64,000 nucleotides of DNA, taken from the IMG/VR virus record IMGVR_UViG_3300028569_000020, positions 1 through 64,000 of that record; one strand, written 5' to 3'. Below are positions 26,301-35,042 of this stretch, in pieces. The DNA is from a virus. A model generated the notes under the pieces. The model worked only from the letters and a program-made list of their open reading frames with translations, did no database searches and was not told the DNA's origin. A program made the translations under genes and the position numbers. How positions within the stretch are numbered: the first letter of the stretch is position 1; the number at the start of each line of letters is the position of its first letter.

Positions 26301-28863
26301 AGTTAAAGGAATTATAAAAGAAGTTGTAGATAAAAATGGTATAAAATTATCACCAACTTTACAAAAAACAGTTGTTTTAACCAATGACCAAGTATATACT
26401 TTAGTATTATCTAATTACATAAGTCCTTCTGGTAATCCATTTAAAGCAGGCGAAAATTTAGTTATACAAACGTTAATTGATTTTAATAATAAAAACAATG
26501 CTAAGTTGAGCGTATCAATTTGTAAAGATTCAGGAAGAATTTCTAAACTGCTTGTTACTGACTATGGAGAAGGATATGATTCTGCTACTTTAATTATTCA
26601 AAGTCCACAATTACCAGGAGGAAGTAGCGCATTAGGAAATGTTTCTATTTCTAAAGGAGAAGTTTTCGAATCAAATATTATTCTTACTGGATCTGGATAT
26701 ACCGATACTCCTGCTATTATTTTACGACCAAATGGGTCTATAAGCAGAGAAGCGGTAATCATACCAGTATTAGAAATTGATACTCCATCTGTAAGAATGG
26801 GAGTTTCTGTAGACCCCAATGATGGAGTTACTTCTCCTTCTATATCACCAACTACATTTATTTTTGAAAATCCAATTTATCTACAAAACAATACTGATTA
26901 TTCTTTATCAATCGAAACGGATTCAACCAACTATAAAATTTGGGCATCAAAACTTGGAGAAAAAGATGTATCAACTTCTCAAGTTATTACTCAGCAACCA
27001 GCATTAGGATCTGTATTTAAATCACAGAATGTTGATACATGGACAGAAGATTTAAGTCAAGATATTAAATTTACATTATACAGAGCTGTATTTACTAAAG
27101 ATACACCAGCAACGGTGAAGTTGACAAATGAAAGTTTAGGATATGAAATCATAGAAACAAATTCTATAGAAACTGATGCATCATCAAATGATTCTGCAGA
27201 TTCTTTATTGTTTAAAAATAACAACCGTGTAATCAGAGTTTTACATCAAAAAAATGGATTTGAAGATTCTGGAAAATCATACGTTTCTTTTAAACAAGTA
27301 AATACTGTTGGCGGGATTGAAGGAGAAGAATTCAATACTAATTTATTTCAAGTATCAAATAGCGGACTTGAATATTATAATATTCTATCTGATCTAGGTG
27401 CTGGGTCTTCTAATTCTGGAGGTGGCACAAATATTCTAGCATCATACAATAGAAAATATGAAAAATTATATCCACAGGTCGGATATTTATCGTTTACAAA
27501 TACACCGTTTAATACTGAGGTAAAAACTACAAATATTATTCCGATTGATAGTATAAACGAAAATTATAATTCTTATTCACAATCTTCATACGAAAAAACA
27601 TTTTTGAATGAAGAGCATTATTTTACAAACCAAAAAGTTATTGCTTCTGTCTTTAATGAAATCAAAAATAGTGCATCAATATTAGGAGAAAAAAAATCGT
27701 TAGTTTATAAATTTACATTTAATACTACTGTTGATAATTTATCTCCAGCTATTGATTTGAGATCTTCTTCTGTAAAATTAATTTCTTCTGTTGTTGATAG
27801 AGGAGATGGTAAACAAACAAGATATGGAAGAAGAAATAAAATATTAAAGTTTTATCCTGTTTATAAATTCGCAGTTTCGAATTTACCAGTAAATTCTACT
27901 GGTCAGGCAATATTGCCAACAACGGGGCAAAGTGTAGTTGGAAATATTAGCAAAACTAGAGGAGATGTGATTAAAGTTTCTAGTAGCACAATTTATGTAA
28001 AAATTAAAAATAATGGATTATATGAAGCAGGAGAAGGATTGACCTTTGGTATTCAAAATCTTGGTAGTGCATCGGTATCTCCAAATGGATTAACTGAAGT
28101 ATTATCTAATTTTACAGTTGGCACTGATGTTGCTGTTTATAGAGAAGATTTAATTAATAAATTTACTACAAAAATTTATGCTAAAATTCTTTCTTGGGAC
28201 ACAACTAAAAAAGAATTAACTGTATTGGAAGAGAAAGCACCAATTAATAATGATTACACCTCGTATGCAGAAGGATCTATTTTTGGAAGATCCTCTGTAA
28301 ACAACGGAGCAAATCAATTACCTGATATCATTCGTGTTTTTGATAAATTATGGCACCAAAACATTGCTCCGCAGAGCTCAATTGATAATAATGAATCTGT
28401 GCCTGGTTTTGTAGAAGTTTCTTCTATATCATATTCAACTGGAATTCTATATGTCTCTGACATTAATTCGAAGAATAGCTCTGCTTTATCTAAATATGTG
28501 ACTAAAGAAATTACCTTAGAAAATCCAGCAACAAGTATTGATGTTAGATTAACTGCTAATCTTGCACGACAAGATGATATTGAAGTTTATTTCAAAACGA
28601 AACCAGTAAATTCGCAAAATATTTTTGACAATACTGAATGGATTGCTTTTAATACTACTGGGTATCCCGATGTTGATGTAGCTCCATCAAACGAAGTTGC
28701 CATTGCTGGATTGTTTGAAAGTCAATCCTCATATAAAGAGCATAAGTATAGTGTGTCGAATGTTAGTGAATTTTCATCTTTCGCTATTAAAATTGTATTA
28801 AAAGCATCTAATCCATGTTATATACCAAAAATACAAGATGCTAGAGTGGTAGCAGCATTCTGA
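20338..28863 (+). CDS. Large virion structural protein, VrlC/DUF4815-like, 2841 aa
   Basis: YNDDF...FYKVIFRPGYSIQTRELTTLQSILQNQ, APGAHRLKI, LARRTYDESGDY, RRYTMRDIGKLEKRV. Confidence 0.85.
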   Translation: MPQKINLNTKEYNDDFESSKNFYKVIFRPGYSIQTRELTTLQSILQNQIEQFGKYQFKQGQQIIPGEISFNNKLPYVKLSSVSEVAENVGGEIKFNKYDIKNLIGLTLTGLNSNVQAIVVETNYASETESDTIYVNYISSGDSSEKTFRQGEELEVNIANSPRLVVGTDSSSLPSKIITINPDTLAATEIASTAMGFASAVQVVTGIYFVNGFFVQNEESLLVVDKYNTQPSKKIGFVILEEIVTPEKDASLYDNARGFSNFTAPGAHRLKIDLKLQAYDLDELTDDNFIELLTLRLGIKQNKVTKKGYNEVEETLARRTYDESGDYVVDNFPVEIREYLQKGENQGIYPLRVDGKVGPDEFTELEAETKILAGLGSGKSYVRGYEIANKETKFIKVDKARDSLVKENNRIKTYGLPSFNITNVYGTIPLNNEGEQLTAYPTVYFSSVFNDGYLGYNGDYVTRKTLSRRSQTLKSLAKTNLFHDYAIKTIYVKAKAPSADFSFILGQKLYYVANLGQNLALTSVDYVEVIAYSVVERITDLGGGDLYLELTVLGNKRDLHDKFLEYDDADFIPSALPSTGATVDVKRKQLFYKTLSSATDNGGFNAQNYYWQATGAQIAVDKIEYEMRVVNTTNTYVGKVTTLTPHGLSAGSAVTISNALPSVYNVSGAIVSNATSNYFEYQLSGNPNSIASGPISLTVPLSSVNAILPFGEIVDYSDTIIPLIGFAKPKNISLVERGSGFNQQTDRIISKGRDSLGNVKYNSIFNLEYFNPIFFTKIITETKINNGFSAGQYVVGSSSGAYAVIEGTGDSTYSSSNIIFVKMLSGNFISGETIADESGNSIEIAKENTLSHFIVTKRGSGYSQSNVGISTKPISINGKAIDVSAIKPQLVAGKVIKISILNKKLLSEEFVSPPSIIVNSDSTPTQAAVIKSVLFKNVITTYTNENVKSLYSEFGDGAVNKFTADVETFAEKFSTSKNVTNLTFSGGKGEKVLFCLSFSGNPANDLMPGDIIEYVDTTNVVRRNFVELVTSSSGLSRGLIYLDTALKQQVSGSIVVRKRAKITNPPNSSLLFPIGFKSPKTLIQDSDNTRFKYYVRRDFITISSTSGGKITFSAQLKFGTQRFVEFNENNFLLTILNKGNSNTGLENGDVMYITGDQVTELSTGGVAITLDNLIFRSDASTASNVILKLSATIEIDKASPKTKNAIRNKRIVVISSGDKIIPFRGYDYDEQTADIISYADAFGVYGDKIKVFEGSQSSPPILDDQNNVLDGFDITNRFTFDDGQRDTFYDVSRLILKPGYVSPTGQVVIVFDYFEHSQGDFSIIDSYTLTGTPISDIPVFNSPVLGKVSLGDVIDFRPKVDVNTIISGFQNKTLLLSGESIGFNGSGGIPSASLAHDNILESSIIFNSQQYLDRIDGIFLNKKGEFVVKKGNSSLNPSKPETPDDSMALYYLFLPAYTKSVADVRVTSVDNRRYTMRDIGKLEKRVERLEYYTTMSILEQQTFNMQIKDDIGLDRFKSGIVVDTFENHAIGNLSSLDYRCSIDTQQSILRPRSIEDSYALVEFNSTNQERATDGYQITGNVITLPYTAQSVIQNKFATSGGEINPNPFVVVQYVGDLSISPNIDHWYDIKQTPSILNNDTKVFSVFLSKSDSREGYSSLNNFYLTNWIGTNRSFYNVSSLNEVTSNTNTTILPATLATSSNISPQNNEIGKGIQSVNNGSKVVSSSIQLYTRSKEIKFLIRRLKPNTRYYAFIDGRDVSRWIAQDTRFTGIPGNSVGVFGANISGNAISSDVNGDASGILIFPAGYAPVQNASWTGDINTVVYDNAKDSIKLNFSTGIKTIRFTTSDDDKNDSTVDSFAECKYYPTGIFPNQPASIISTIPSYFKAPEGIQFIDNASTQSKPSPLSQTFKVENYEGGMFVTGVDLFISKKSDTLPIRIYLTDTNSGKPGNYIIPGTEVVKLPDTYLKITVSATLNLTIGETISGGTSGVKGIIKEVVDKNGIKLSPTLQKTVVLTNDQVYTLVLSNYISPSGNPFKAGENLVIQTLIDFNNKNNAKLSVSICKDSGRISKLLVTDYGEGYDSATLIIQSPQLPGGSSALGNVSISKGEVFESNIILTGSGYTDTPAIILRPNGSISREAVIIPVLEIDTPSVRMGVSVDPNDGVTSPSISPTTFIFENPIYLQNNTDYSLSIETDSTNYKIWASKLGEKDVSTSQVITQQPALGSVFKSQNVDTWTEDLSQDIKFTLYRAVFTKDTPATVKLTNESLGYEIIETNSIETDASSNDSADSLLFKNNNRVIRVLHQKNGFEDSGKSYVSFKQVNTVGGIEGEEFNTNLFQVSNSGLEYYNILSDLGAGSSNSGGGTNILASYNRKYEKLYPQVGYLSFTNTPFNTEVKTTNIIPIDSINENYNSYSQSSYEKTFLNEEHYFTNQKVIASVFNEIKNSASILGEKKSLVYKFTFNTTVDNLSPAIDLRSSSVKLISSVVDRGDGKQTRYGRRNKILKFYPVYKFAVSNLPVNSTGQAILPTTGQSVVGNISKTRGDVIKVSSSTIYVKIKNNGLYEAGEGLTFGIQNLGSASVSPNGLTEVLSNFTVGTDVAVYREDLINKFTTKIYAKILSWDTTKKELTVLEEKAPINNDYTSYAEGSIFGRSSVNNGANQLPDIIRVFDKLWHQNIAPQSSIDNNESVPGFVEVSSISYSTGILYVSDINSKNSSALSKYVTKEITLENPATSIDVRLTANLARQDDIEVYFKTKPVNSQNIFDNTEWIAFNTTGYPDVDVAPSNEVAIAGLFESQSSYKEHKYSVSNVSEFSSFAIKIVLKASNPCYIPKIQDARVVAAF

Positions 28864-29075
28864 TGAATAACTATTCTAAAGTATATGGTCACGAAGATTT
28901 GTATCGTGATAATTTTACTGGTGCTATCATAAATACAGATAAAAGTTTATTAGATAAAACAAAAAAATCTAAATCTGCTAGTGAAATTATTAAAACATTA
29001 CGAGACGATGTAGATAATTTACAAAGTGATATTTCAGAAATTAAAAATCTTTTACGAGAAATAGTTGGTAAGTAA
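28863..29075 (+). CDS. Small coiled-coil protein
   Basis: KVYGHEDLYRD..TGAIIN followed by heptad repeats; coupled to both neighbours. Confidence 0.8.
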   Translation: MNNYSKVYGHEDLYRDNFTGAIINTDKSLLDKTKKSKSASEIIKTLRDDVDNLQSDISEIKNLLREIVGK

Positions 29076-32000
29076 TGGCACTAAGAAACGTTTCAAAAAG
29101 TTATACATTTGAGCAACAGAGACAAGAGATTAATTCTCTATCTACTGATGTAGGCGATATTAGTCAACTTGTTAGTGGATTGCCAAATATAGTATCAGCA
29201 ATTAATCAAATTTCTCTTGCTGGAGATGATGGAGGATCTTTACTCGGTGGTGATTTACCACCTACTTCAGCTGATGGAGCAAATGGAGACTTTTATTTAG
29301 ATACAAATACTAAAAATTTATACGGTCCAAAAATTGCAGGATCTTGGCCAGCAACAACTATTTCTATTTCAGAACAAATTCTTTCTGGTGTTGTTGCGCC
29401 ACTAAGTAATCAAGGTAAACTTAATGATTATTTTTTCAATAGTGTAACAAAAGAATTATACGGACCAAAAACTGTTGGTGGTTGGGGCGCACCAACTTTA
29501 ATAGGAGAAGCAGATTACAGTAACGTTTTATACGTTAAACCAAACGGTAATGATATCAAAGATGGTAAGACTCCATCTAAGGCATTCAAGACGATCAAAG
29601 CTGCCGCTAGAGCTGCTTCTGCACTCGATGGCAACACGACCATCAGGGTCTCTACAGGCACGTATTACGAAGACAATCCAATATATCTTCCAAAAGGAAC
29701 TTCAATTGTTGGCGACAACTTAAGAGAAACTATAATTATTCCAAAAAATGAAGGAAGAGATATTTTTTGGATAACGTCTGGTTGTTATATTAATTACTTG
29801 GTTATTGAAGATAACCTACTTGGCGGTAAAGGATTTTTAGAAACTGAGCAATCAGACAACAGATCTTTATCAGCAACAGACACTACCTTCAAAGTTTTGC
29901 CTGGGCATACTTTATCAAGAGTAGATGGAATTTATGGGGATGGCGCAAATGTAATTGAATTTTTAAAAACAACAATTATTAATGAAGCATATGCTGCATT
30001 AATTGCGCAATTTCCATCATTTACAGTAGTAGATGCAACAAAATGTAAACGCGATATCGGATATGTGGTTGATGCAATTGTTGCTGATTTACGCTCGGGT
30101 GGAAATGTAGCGTCAGTTAAAGCTGGTCTTTCTTATAGAGATGCTGTAACAGGATACTTAATATCTAATGGTGTTGTTAACGAAGAAATAGAAACTATAT
30201 ACGCTTTTACTCAAGTTGCAGCAATAGCAAATATAAAAATATTAACTATACCTACTGGATTTATTGCTGCGGGATATCCAACTATTATTCAAGATCTTGC
30301 TGGATATCCAGAATGCTCAAAAGTTCAGGCTGCAATTAATACTTTAACAAATATTATTACTAATATTATAAGAGGAGAAGATGCTCCACAATTTAATTCT
30401 GGTCCTGGATTTATACTTTTAGATCAAGAATGGATGAAAGTAGTTGATTTTAACACAACTACTGGCGAATTTATAGTTGTTAGAGCACAGGCAAATCCAA
30501 TAACAGGAGAATCAACTCTTGCGTCGAAGCATATAACTGGTGGTTTTATTTCTCAAAATGGATTTGCTTGGAGATATGCAGTAGCATATCCAGATCAAAA
30601 TGGTATTCCTGGTAAAGGAAGAATCAATTTAACAGTAGGAAGTAGTATTGTTACTGGAAATTTATCAACAAGATTTTTAACTGAAATCCAAGTTGGTTGG
30701 TATATTAAAGTAGCAAACAATAATTACAAAGTAATCAATATATCATCAAATGATCAATTAACATTAGACGCTCCGATAAGTAGCGGAAATGGTGCTTTAC
30801 TATCAATTTATAAAATCATTCCACCAAAGGAAAGAATTTTCTTATCACCGTATACACAAAACTGCTCCTGCATATCAAAATTAGGTAGAGCAGTTTTTGA
30901 TCCAGTTACTCAAACATATGACGCAACTAAAACTAGAGCTGGAGGTTTATTAGCAGATGGCGCTCAGTTAGATTCAAATAGTCCGTTAGAATCTATGGTC
31001 GTTGATGCATTTACACAAGTTGTATTTGGATCTATTGGATTCCACATGAAAAATGATGCTTACTCTCAATTAGTATCTGTTTTCCAAGTTTTTGGAAGTG
31101 TTGGTGTGCTTTGCGAGTCTGGTGGTTACGCTTCAATTACAAACTCAGCCACAAATTTTGGTTTTGAAGGATTAAAAGCAGTTGGATTTTCTGATAATGT
31201 ATTGCCAATATTTGCTAATGGACGAGTTTCAGCAATACAAAATATTACAAAAACTGATATAAACCAAGCGCCAAGTGAAATTATTAGTACCACTTTTTCT
31301 TCTGCTGCAGGAAACACAAAAGTAAGAGTTAGTATTGAAGTTTCTATTAATAATATTAGTAAATTTGAAAGAGGGCAAGCGGTAACTATTTCTGAGCATA
31401 TTTCTACGCCAGTAATTAATGGAGTGTCACGAATTATTGATACAGTAGATTTTCAAAGTAATATAATTACTTTCGTTTTGGATACAGCGTGGAATAGTAA
31501 TTACGTAAATACTTCTGGTACAAGCACAGGTCAGATTATAATTGCTAGCGGATCAGTATTTACAAAAGTTAGTGTAACTGGATATCAAGCGCCGCCAATT
31601 CCAAATTTTATTATAAAAATTCCTGGACTTGGATTAGATCCAAATCAAAATCAACAAACTGTAGGAGAATTAATTTCATATACTCCTGGAGTAAATACAG
31701 AATTCACTACCAATTTTCCACTATCAAATGCACAAGTTGCGGCAGTAGCAAATAATGCGCAAATTGAATTATTTGCACCATCTTCAGTAAACAGTTCTGG
31801 ACATACTTTTGAATATGTTGGATCTGGTATTAATTATACTGCTTTTCCACAAAACGGTGGAATAAATATTCCCCGTACTCAAAGTGTAGAAGTTAATTCA
31901 GGAAAATGTTATGTAAGTGCTACAGATCAAAGTGGCAACTTTAGTGTAGGCCCATTTTTTAATGTTGACCTAAAAAGCGGAAAAGTTACATTTTCTGGAT

Positions 32001-34012
32001 CTGTTGCTCTGGGAGTGTTAGATTCTTTGCAACTTAAAGGATCACCTGGAGTACCTATTTTTAAATTTTCCCCTGATAATAATTTAGGCGGAGCAACTGG
32101 ATCGGCAGATACGGTTTTACCAACACAAAAAGCAGTAAGAGATTATATCAGTAAATCTTCTGTATTAGGAAACTTTGTTGGTTTAAACAAAGGTACTGCT
32201 CAAATACCTGGATTGATAGTACAATTAGATTCAACTGGTAAGATTGATGTTTCTCAATTACCAGCTGCACAACAATTTGTAGTATATACTATAGAAACAG
32301 AAATTGAAAGACTACAAGATTATATTCCTATTTCAAATAAAACATTAGTATCAAATACTACATTTACTATAACTTTAAATAGTGTTATCGGTCTAACGGA
32401 TGGACTTTTACTATCAGGAAATAATATACCGACAAACACAAGAATTAGTATTGGTGGAATTGATGTAGTAAATAAAGTAATTACGGTTAATCAATCATTA
32501 CCAACTTTGAGTGTTGGACAAAATATTGGGTTTATTGGCAACGCAATAAAAGCTGGCGATATAGCAATTCAAAAAAATGAAATAGATGGTAATCCAAATA
32601 CAGTTTTACAGACTTGGATTTCTACTGGTTTACCAGCGACAGATCCTAATAATTGGGAATTGTTGTCATTAAACCAATTAGATGCTGTCGCAATTGTATC
32701 TGGTATTATTTCTCCATCTAGATTAGGAACAGGAACTCCTAATGAAGATACGTATTTAAGTGGTATTAGTAAATATACTCCAGTTGTAAAAGGTATTTCG
32801 CTACCAGCAAATTCAGCAATTACTGCATCTGGCAACAAGGAAATTATAAAAAAAATTGGAGTCGCAAAAAATATTTCTTCTGCCACTTGGAATTCATCAA
32901 CCAATAAAATTACTTTCAATACTACAACTTCACATCTATTAAATAATAATGATGTAGTAGAAGTTGAAGTTATTCAACCAGATACTTTTAATGGCACATA
33001 TACAGTAACAATTATTGATACAGATACATTTACTGTTAACAAAACAACAAATCCTGGTAGTTATCTTGGTGGTGGTCAAGTAACATATGGAGAATTACAA
33101 CAAAGCGGATTTGTTGAATTAAATGTGCAGTCAGCTTCATATTCATCAGGTCAAACTACAGGATCTAGTTCTATTGGAGTAGCAAGATATAAGTTTAGTC
33201 TTTTTGATATCAATCCACAAAATGTGATTGATTTAAAAGAAAAAAGTATTACACTTGGTAAATTACAAAATATTGTTCCTCGATCTATTTTAGGAAACGT
33301 AGGAAATACAGCATCAAACCCCGACGAAATACTTATCGGTGTTGGTATATCTGGTGTAACTACTTTCAAAATTACTTTAAATGCAAATAGGTATCAAGTC
33401 ACAGATTCAAACATTTCACAAAATTTGGGAGTATTGCCTGATTTACAAATGATTCCTGGAAAGGAATATGTTTTTGATTTGGGTGATATAACTGGGCATC
33501 CATTTAATATTGTTACTTCGCCTGGAGCAATCGGTGCTAATCTATACACAACTGGTGTAGTTGGTAATGGCAACACATCAAATAGTATTGTAACCTTTAC
33601 GGTGCCACAAAATGTTCCACCGTTTTTATACTATCAATCAGGAATTAATGCTGATAATTATGGTATATTAAAAGTAGTAAAGATTTCTGATACTTTAGAA
33701 GTAGTAAATTCAACATCTTCTGCTACTATAACTTTAGATAGTTTTGGTGTTACTAACATAAACACAGCAAAATATCTTATTCAAATTAAAAATAATGTAA
33801 ATAATTATTTTCACTCAACCGAATTAATGTTATTACACGATGGTAATGATGTTTATCTATCAGAATATTCTACAATACACAACAATAGATTACTTGGTGC
33901 ATTCAGTGCAGATATTTTTAGTGGTAACGTTAGATTACGTTACACCCCAGCATTTGATGGTAATGATTATTTAAACAATATCATTATTCAAAAAAACTAC
34001 GTAATTAGTTGA
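29075..34012 (+). CDS. Tail fibre/spike-like structural protein, 1645 aa
   Basis: Two GDFYLD..TKNLYGPK..G.W repeats and a beta-helix-type start (LYVKPNGND...GTYYE...SIVGDNLR). Confidence 0.75.
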   Translation: MALRNVSKSYTFEQQRQEINSLSTDVGDISQLVSGLPNIVSAINQISLAGDDGGSLLGGDLPPTSADGANGDFYLDTNTKNLYGPKIAGSWPATTISISEQILSGVVAPLSNQGKLNDYFFNSVTKELYGPKTVGGWGAPTLIGEADYSNVLYVKPNGNDIKDGKTPSKAFKTIKAAARAASALDGNTTIRVSTGTYYEDNPIYLPKGTSIVGDNLRETIIIPKNEGRDIFWITSGCYINYLVIEDNLLGGKGFLETEQSDNRSLSATDTTFKVLPGHTLSRVDGIYGDGANVIEFLKTTIINEAYAALIAQFPSFTVVDATKCKRDIGYVVDAIVADLRSGGNVASVKAGLSYRDAVTGYLISNGVVNEEIETIYAFTQVAAIANIKILTIPTGFIAAGYPTIIQDLAGYPECSKVQAAINTLTNIITNIIRGEDAPQFNSGPGFILLDQEWMKVVDFNTTTGEFIVVRAQANPITGESTLASKHITGGFISQNGFAWRYAVAYPDQNGIPGKGRINLTVGSSIVTGNLSTRFLTEIQVGWYIKVANNNYKVINISSNDQLTLDAPISSGNGALLSIYKIIPPKERIFLSPYTQNCSCISKLGRAVFDPVTQTYDATKTRAGGLLADGAQLDSNSPLESMVVDAFTQVVFGSIGFHMKNDAYSQLVSVFQVFGSVGVLCESGGYASITNSATNFGFEGLKAVGFSDNVLPIFANGRVSAIQNITKTDINQAPSEIISTTFSSAAGNTKVRVSIEVSINNISKFERGQAVTISEHISTPVINGVSRIIDTVDFQSNIITFVLDTAWNSNYVNTSGTSTGQIIIASGSVFTKVSVTGYQAPPIPNFIIKIPGLGLDPNQNQQTVGELISYTPGVNTEFTTNFPLSNAQVAAVANNAQIELFAPSSVNSSGHTFEYVGSGINYTAFPQNGGINIPRTQSVEVNSGKCYVSATDQSGNFSVGPFFNVDLKSGKVTFSGSVALGVLDSLQLKGSPGVPIFKFSPDNNLGGATGSADTVLPTQKAVRDYISKSSVLGNFVGLNKGTAQIPGLIVQLDSTGKIDVSQLPAAQQFVVYTIETEIERLQDYIPISNKTLVSNTTFTITLNSVIGLTDGLLLSGNNIPTNTRISIGGIDVVNKVITVNQSLPTLSVGQNIGFIGNAIKAGDIAIQKNEIDGNPNTVLQTWISTGLPATDPNNWELLSLNQLDAVAIVSGIISPSRLGTGTPNEDTYLSGISKYTPVVKGISLPANSAITASGNKEIIKKIGVAKNISSATWNSSTNKITFNTTTSHLLNNNDVVEVEVIQPDTFNGTYTVTIIDTDTFTVNKTTNPGSYLGGGQVTYGELQQSGFVELNVQSASYSSGQTTGSSSIGVARYKFSLFDINPQNVIDLKEKSITLGKLQNIVPRSILGNVGNTASNPDEILIGVGISGVTTFKITLNANRYQVTDSNISQNLGVLPDLQMIPGKEYVFDLGDITGHPFNIVTSPGAIGANLYTTGVVGNGNTSNSIVTFTVPQNVPPFLYYQSGINADNYGILKVVKISDTLEVVNSTSSATITLDSFGVTNINTAKYLIQIKNNVNNYFHSTELMLLHDGNDVYLSEYSTIHNNRLLGAFSADIFSGNVRLRYTPAFDGNDYLNNIIIQKNYVIS

Positions 34013-34055
34013 CAAGTGTGCTATAATAAATATACCGTGTTGTTATTAAAAACCT

Positions 34056-34262
34056 ATGGACACTACTGCATTGAAAGAAAATTTTGATAATCAATTAAAA
34101 GAAATTGACGAAAAACTGACTCAAATTCAAAGTGAATTAAACAAAGCGCAAGAGTATAAATTAAAACTTCAAGGAGGTTTAGAAACTCTTGAATTATTAG
34201 AAAAACAAACTGAAGAATCAGAAATTGAAGATCTAGGTGATTTACCAGAAGAGACAATTTAA
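34056..34262 (+). CDS. Small acidic coiled-coil protein
   Basis: ORF track; upstream TGcTATAAT and AATAAATA at 34019-34032. Confidence 0.75.
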   Translation: MDTTALKENFDNQLKEIDEKLTQIQSELNKAQEYKLKLQGGLETLELLEKQTEESEIEDLGDLPEETI

Positions 34263-34272
34263 CATTAATGAT

Positions 34273-34305
34273 ACCCCTCGTATAAATAAATGCGAGGGGT
34301 TTTTT
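34273..34305 (+). terminator. Terminator hairpin with a late promoter in its loop region
   Basis: ACCCCTCGTAT-AAATAA-ATGCGAGGGGT followed by TTTTT; TATAAATA at 34281-34288. Confidence 0.75.
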
Positions 34306-34318
34306 GTGGGAAAAATTA

Positions 34319-34651
34319 ATGGCGGCTATTCCTATTAACTTAGTAGTGGAGCAAAAAGCAGACTTTGAAGCAACATTTAATATTACTTCTGTAAACAATG
34401 TAGCTTTAAATTTAACTGGTTACACTGCAGAGTCTAAAATTAAAAAACATTATTCTTCAACTAGTGTAAATAACTTTGGTGTTACGTTTTTAAGTAGGCT
34501 CGATGGGAAGTTAAAACTATCTATGAGTAGTTTTGCTACTAGTCTTCTAAAACCAGGAAGATATTCATATGATATTTTAATTATTTCTTCTGGTGGTGTA
34601 AAAACTAGAGTTGTAGAAGGGCAAGTAACAGTAACTCCTGGTATTAGTTAA
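34319..34651 (+). CDS. Virion structural/adaptor protein (Ig-like)
   Basis: INLVVEQKADF...LTGYTA...LKPGRYSYDI...RVVEG; start revised to ATG 34319. Confidence 0.75.
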   Translation: MAAIPINLVVEQKADFEATFNITSVNNVALNLTGYTAESKIKKHYSSTSVNNFGVTFLSRLDGKLKLSMSSFATSLLKPGRYSYDILIISSGGVKTRVVEGQVTVTPGIS

Positions 34652-34992
34652 TGGCAGAAGAATTTCAAGTTTCTATGAGTTATAATAATGTTACTAGCGT
34701 TACATTAGAATCATCAACAAACACACAAGTATCAACTTCATATATCGTGGCAGATAACTTAGATGATTTAGGTAATGTAGATACTTCTGCATTAGATAAA
34801 ATAGGAAATAGCACTAACCATTATGTTATGGTATATGACGGCGTTGCAAAAAAATATAAATTTGTAAATCCAGATGTTGTTTTATCTTCTGCAGCTACCG
34901 AACCTACTCAACCTGGATTACCTCAAGATTTTATAAATGAATTAGATATAGTGATGGACAATAAAGTAAATCTTGATGGTGGAACGTTTTAA
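34651..34992 (+). CDS. Hypothetical fibre-associated protein ending in LDGGTF
   Basis: ORF track; DGGTF C-terminus shared with the next gene. Confidence 0.75.
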   Translation: MAEEFQVSMSYNNVTSVTLESSTNTQVSTSYIVADNLDDLGNVDTSALDKIGNSTNHYVMVYDGVAKKYKFVNPDVVLSSAATEPTQPGLPQDFINELDIVMDNKVNLDGGTF

Positions 34993-35042
34993 TTATTCTG
35001 TTTAATAAATAGTAAAAGAAATAGTATCGATAGGATATTTAA

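Noticed and set aside
34009-34027. TTGACA and TATAAT as a -35/-10 pair
   Set aside because: The spacer is only 7 bp; only the extended -10 and the overlapping late box are plausible
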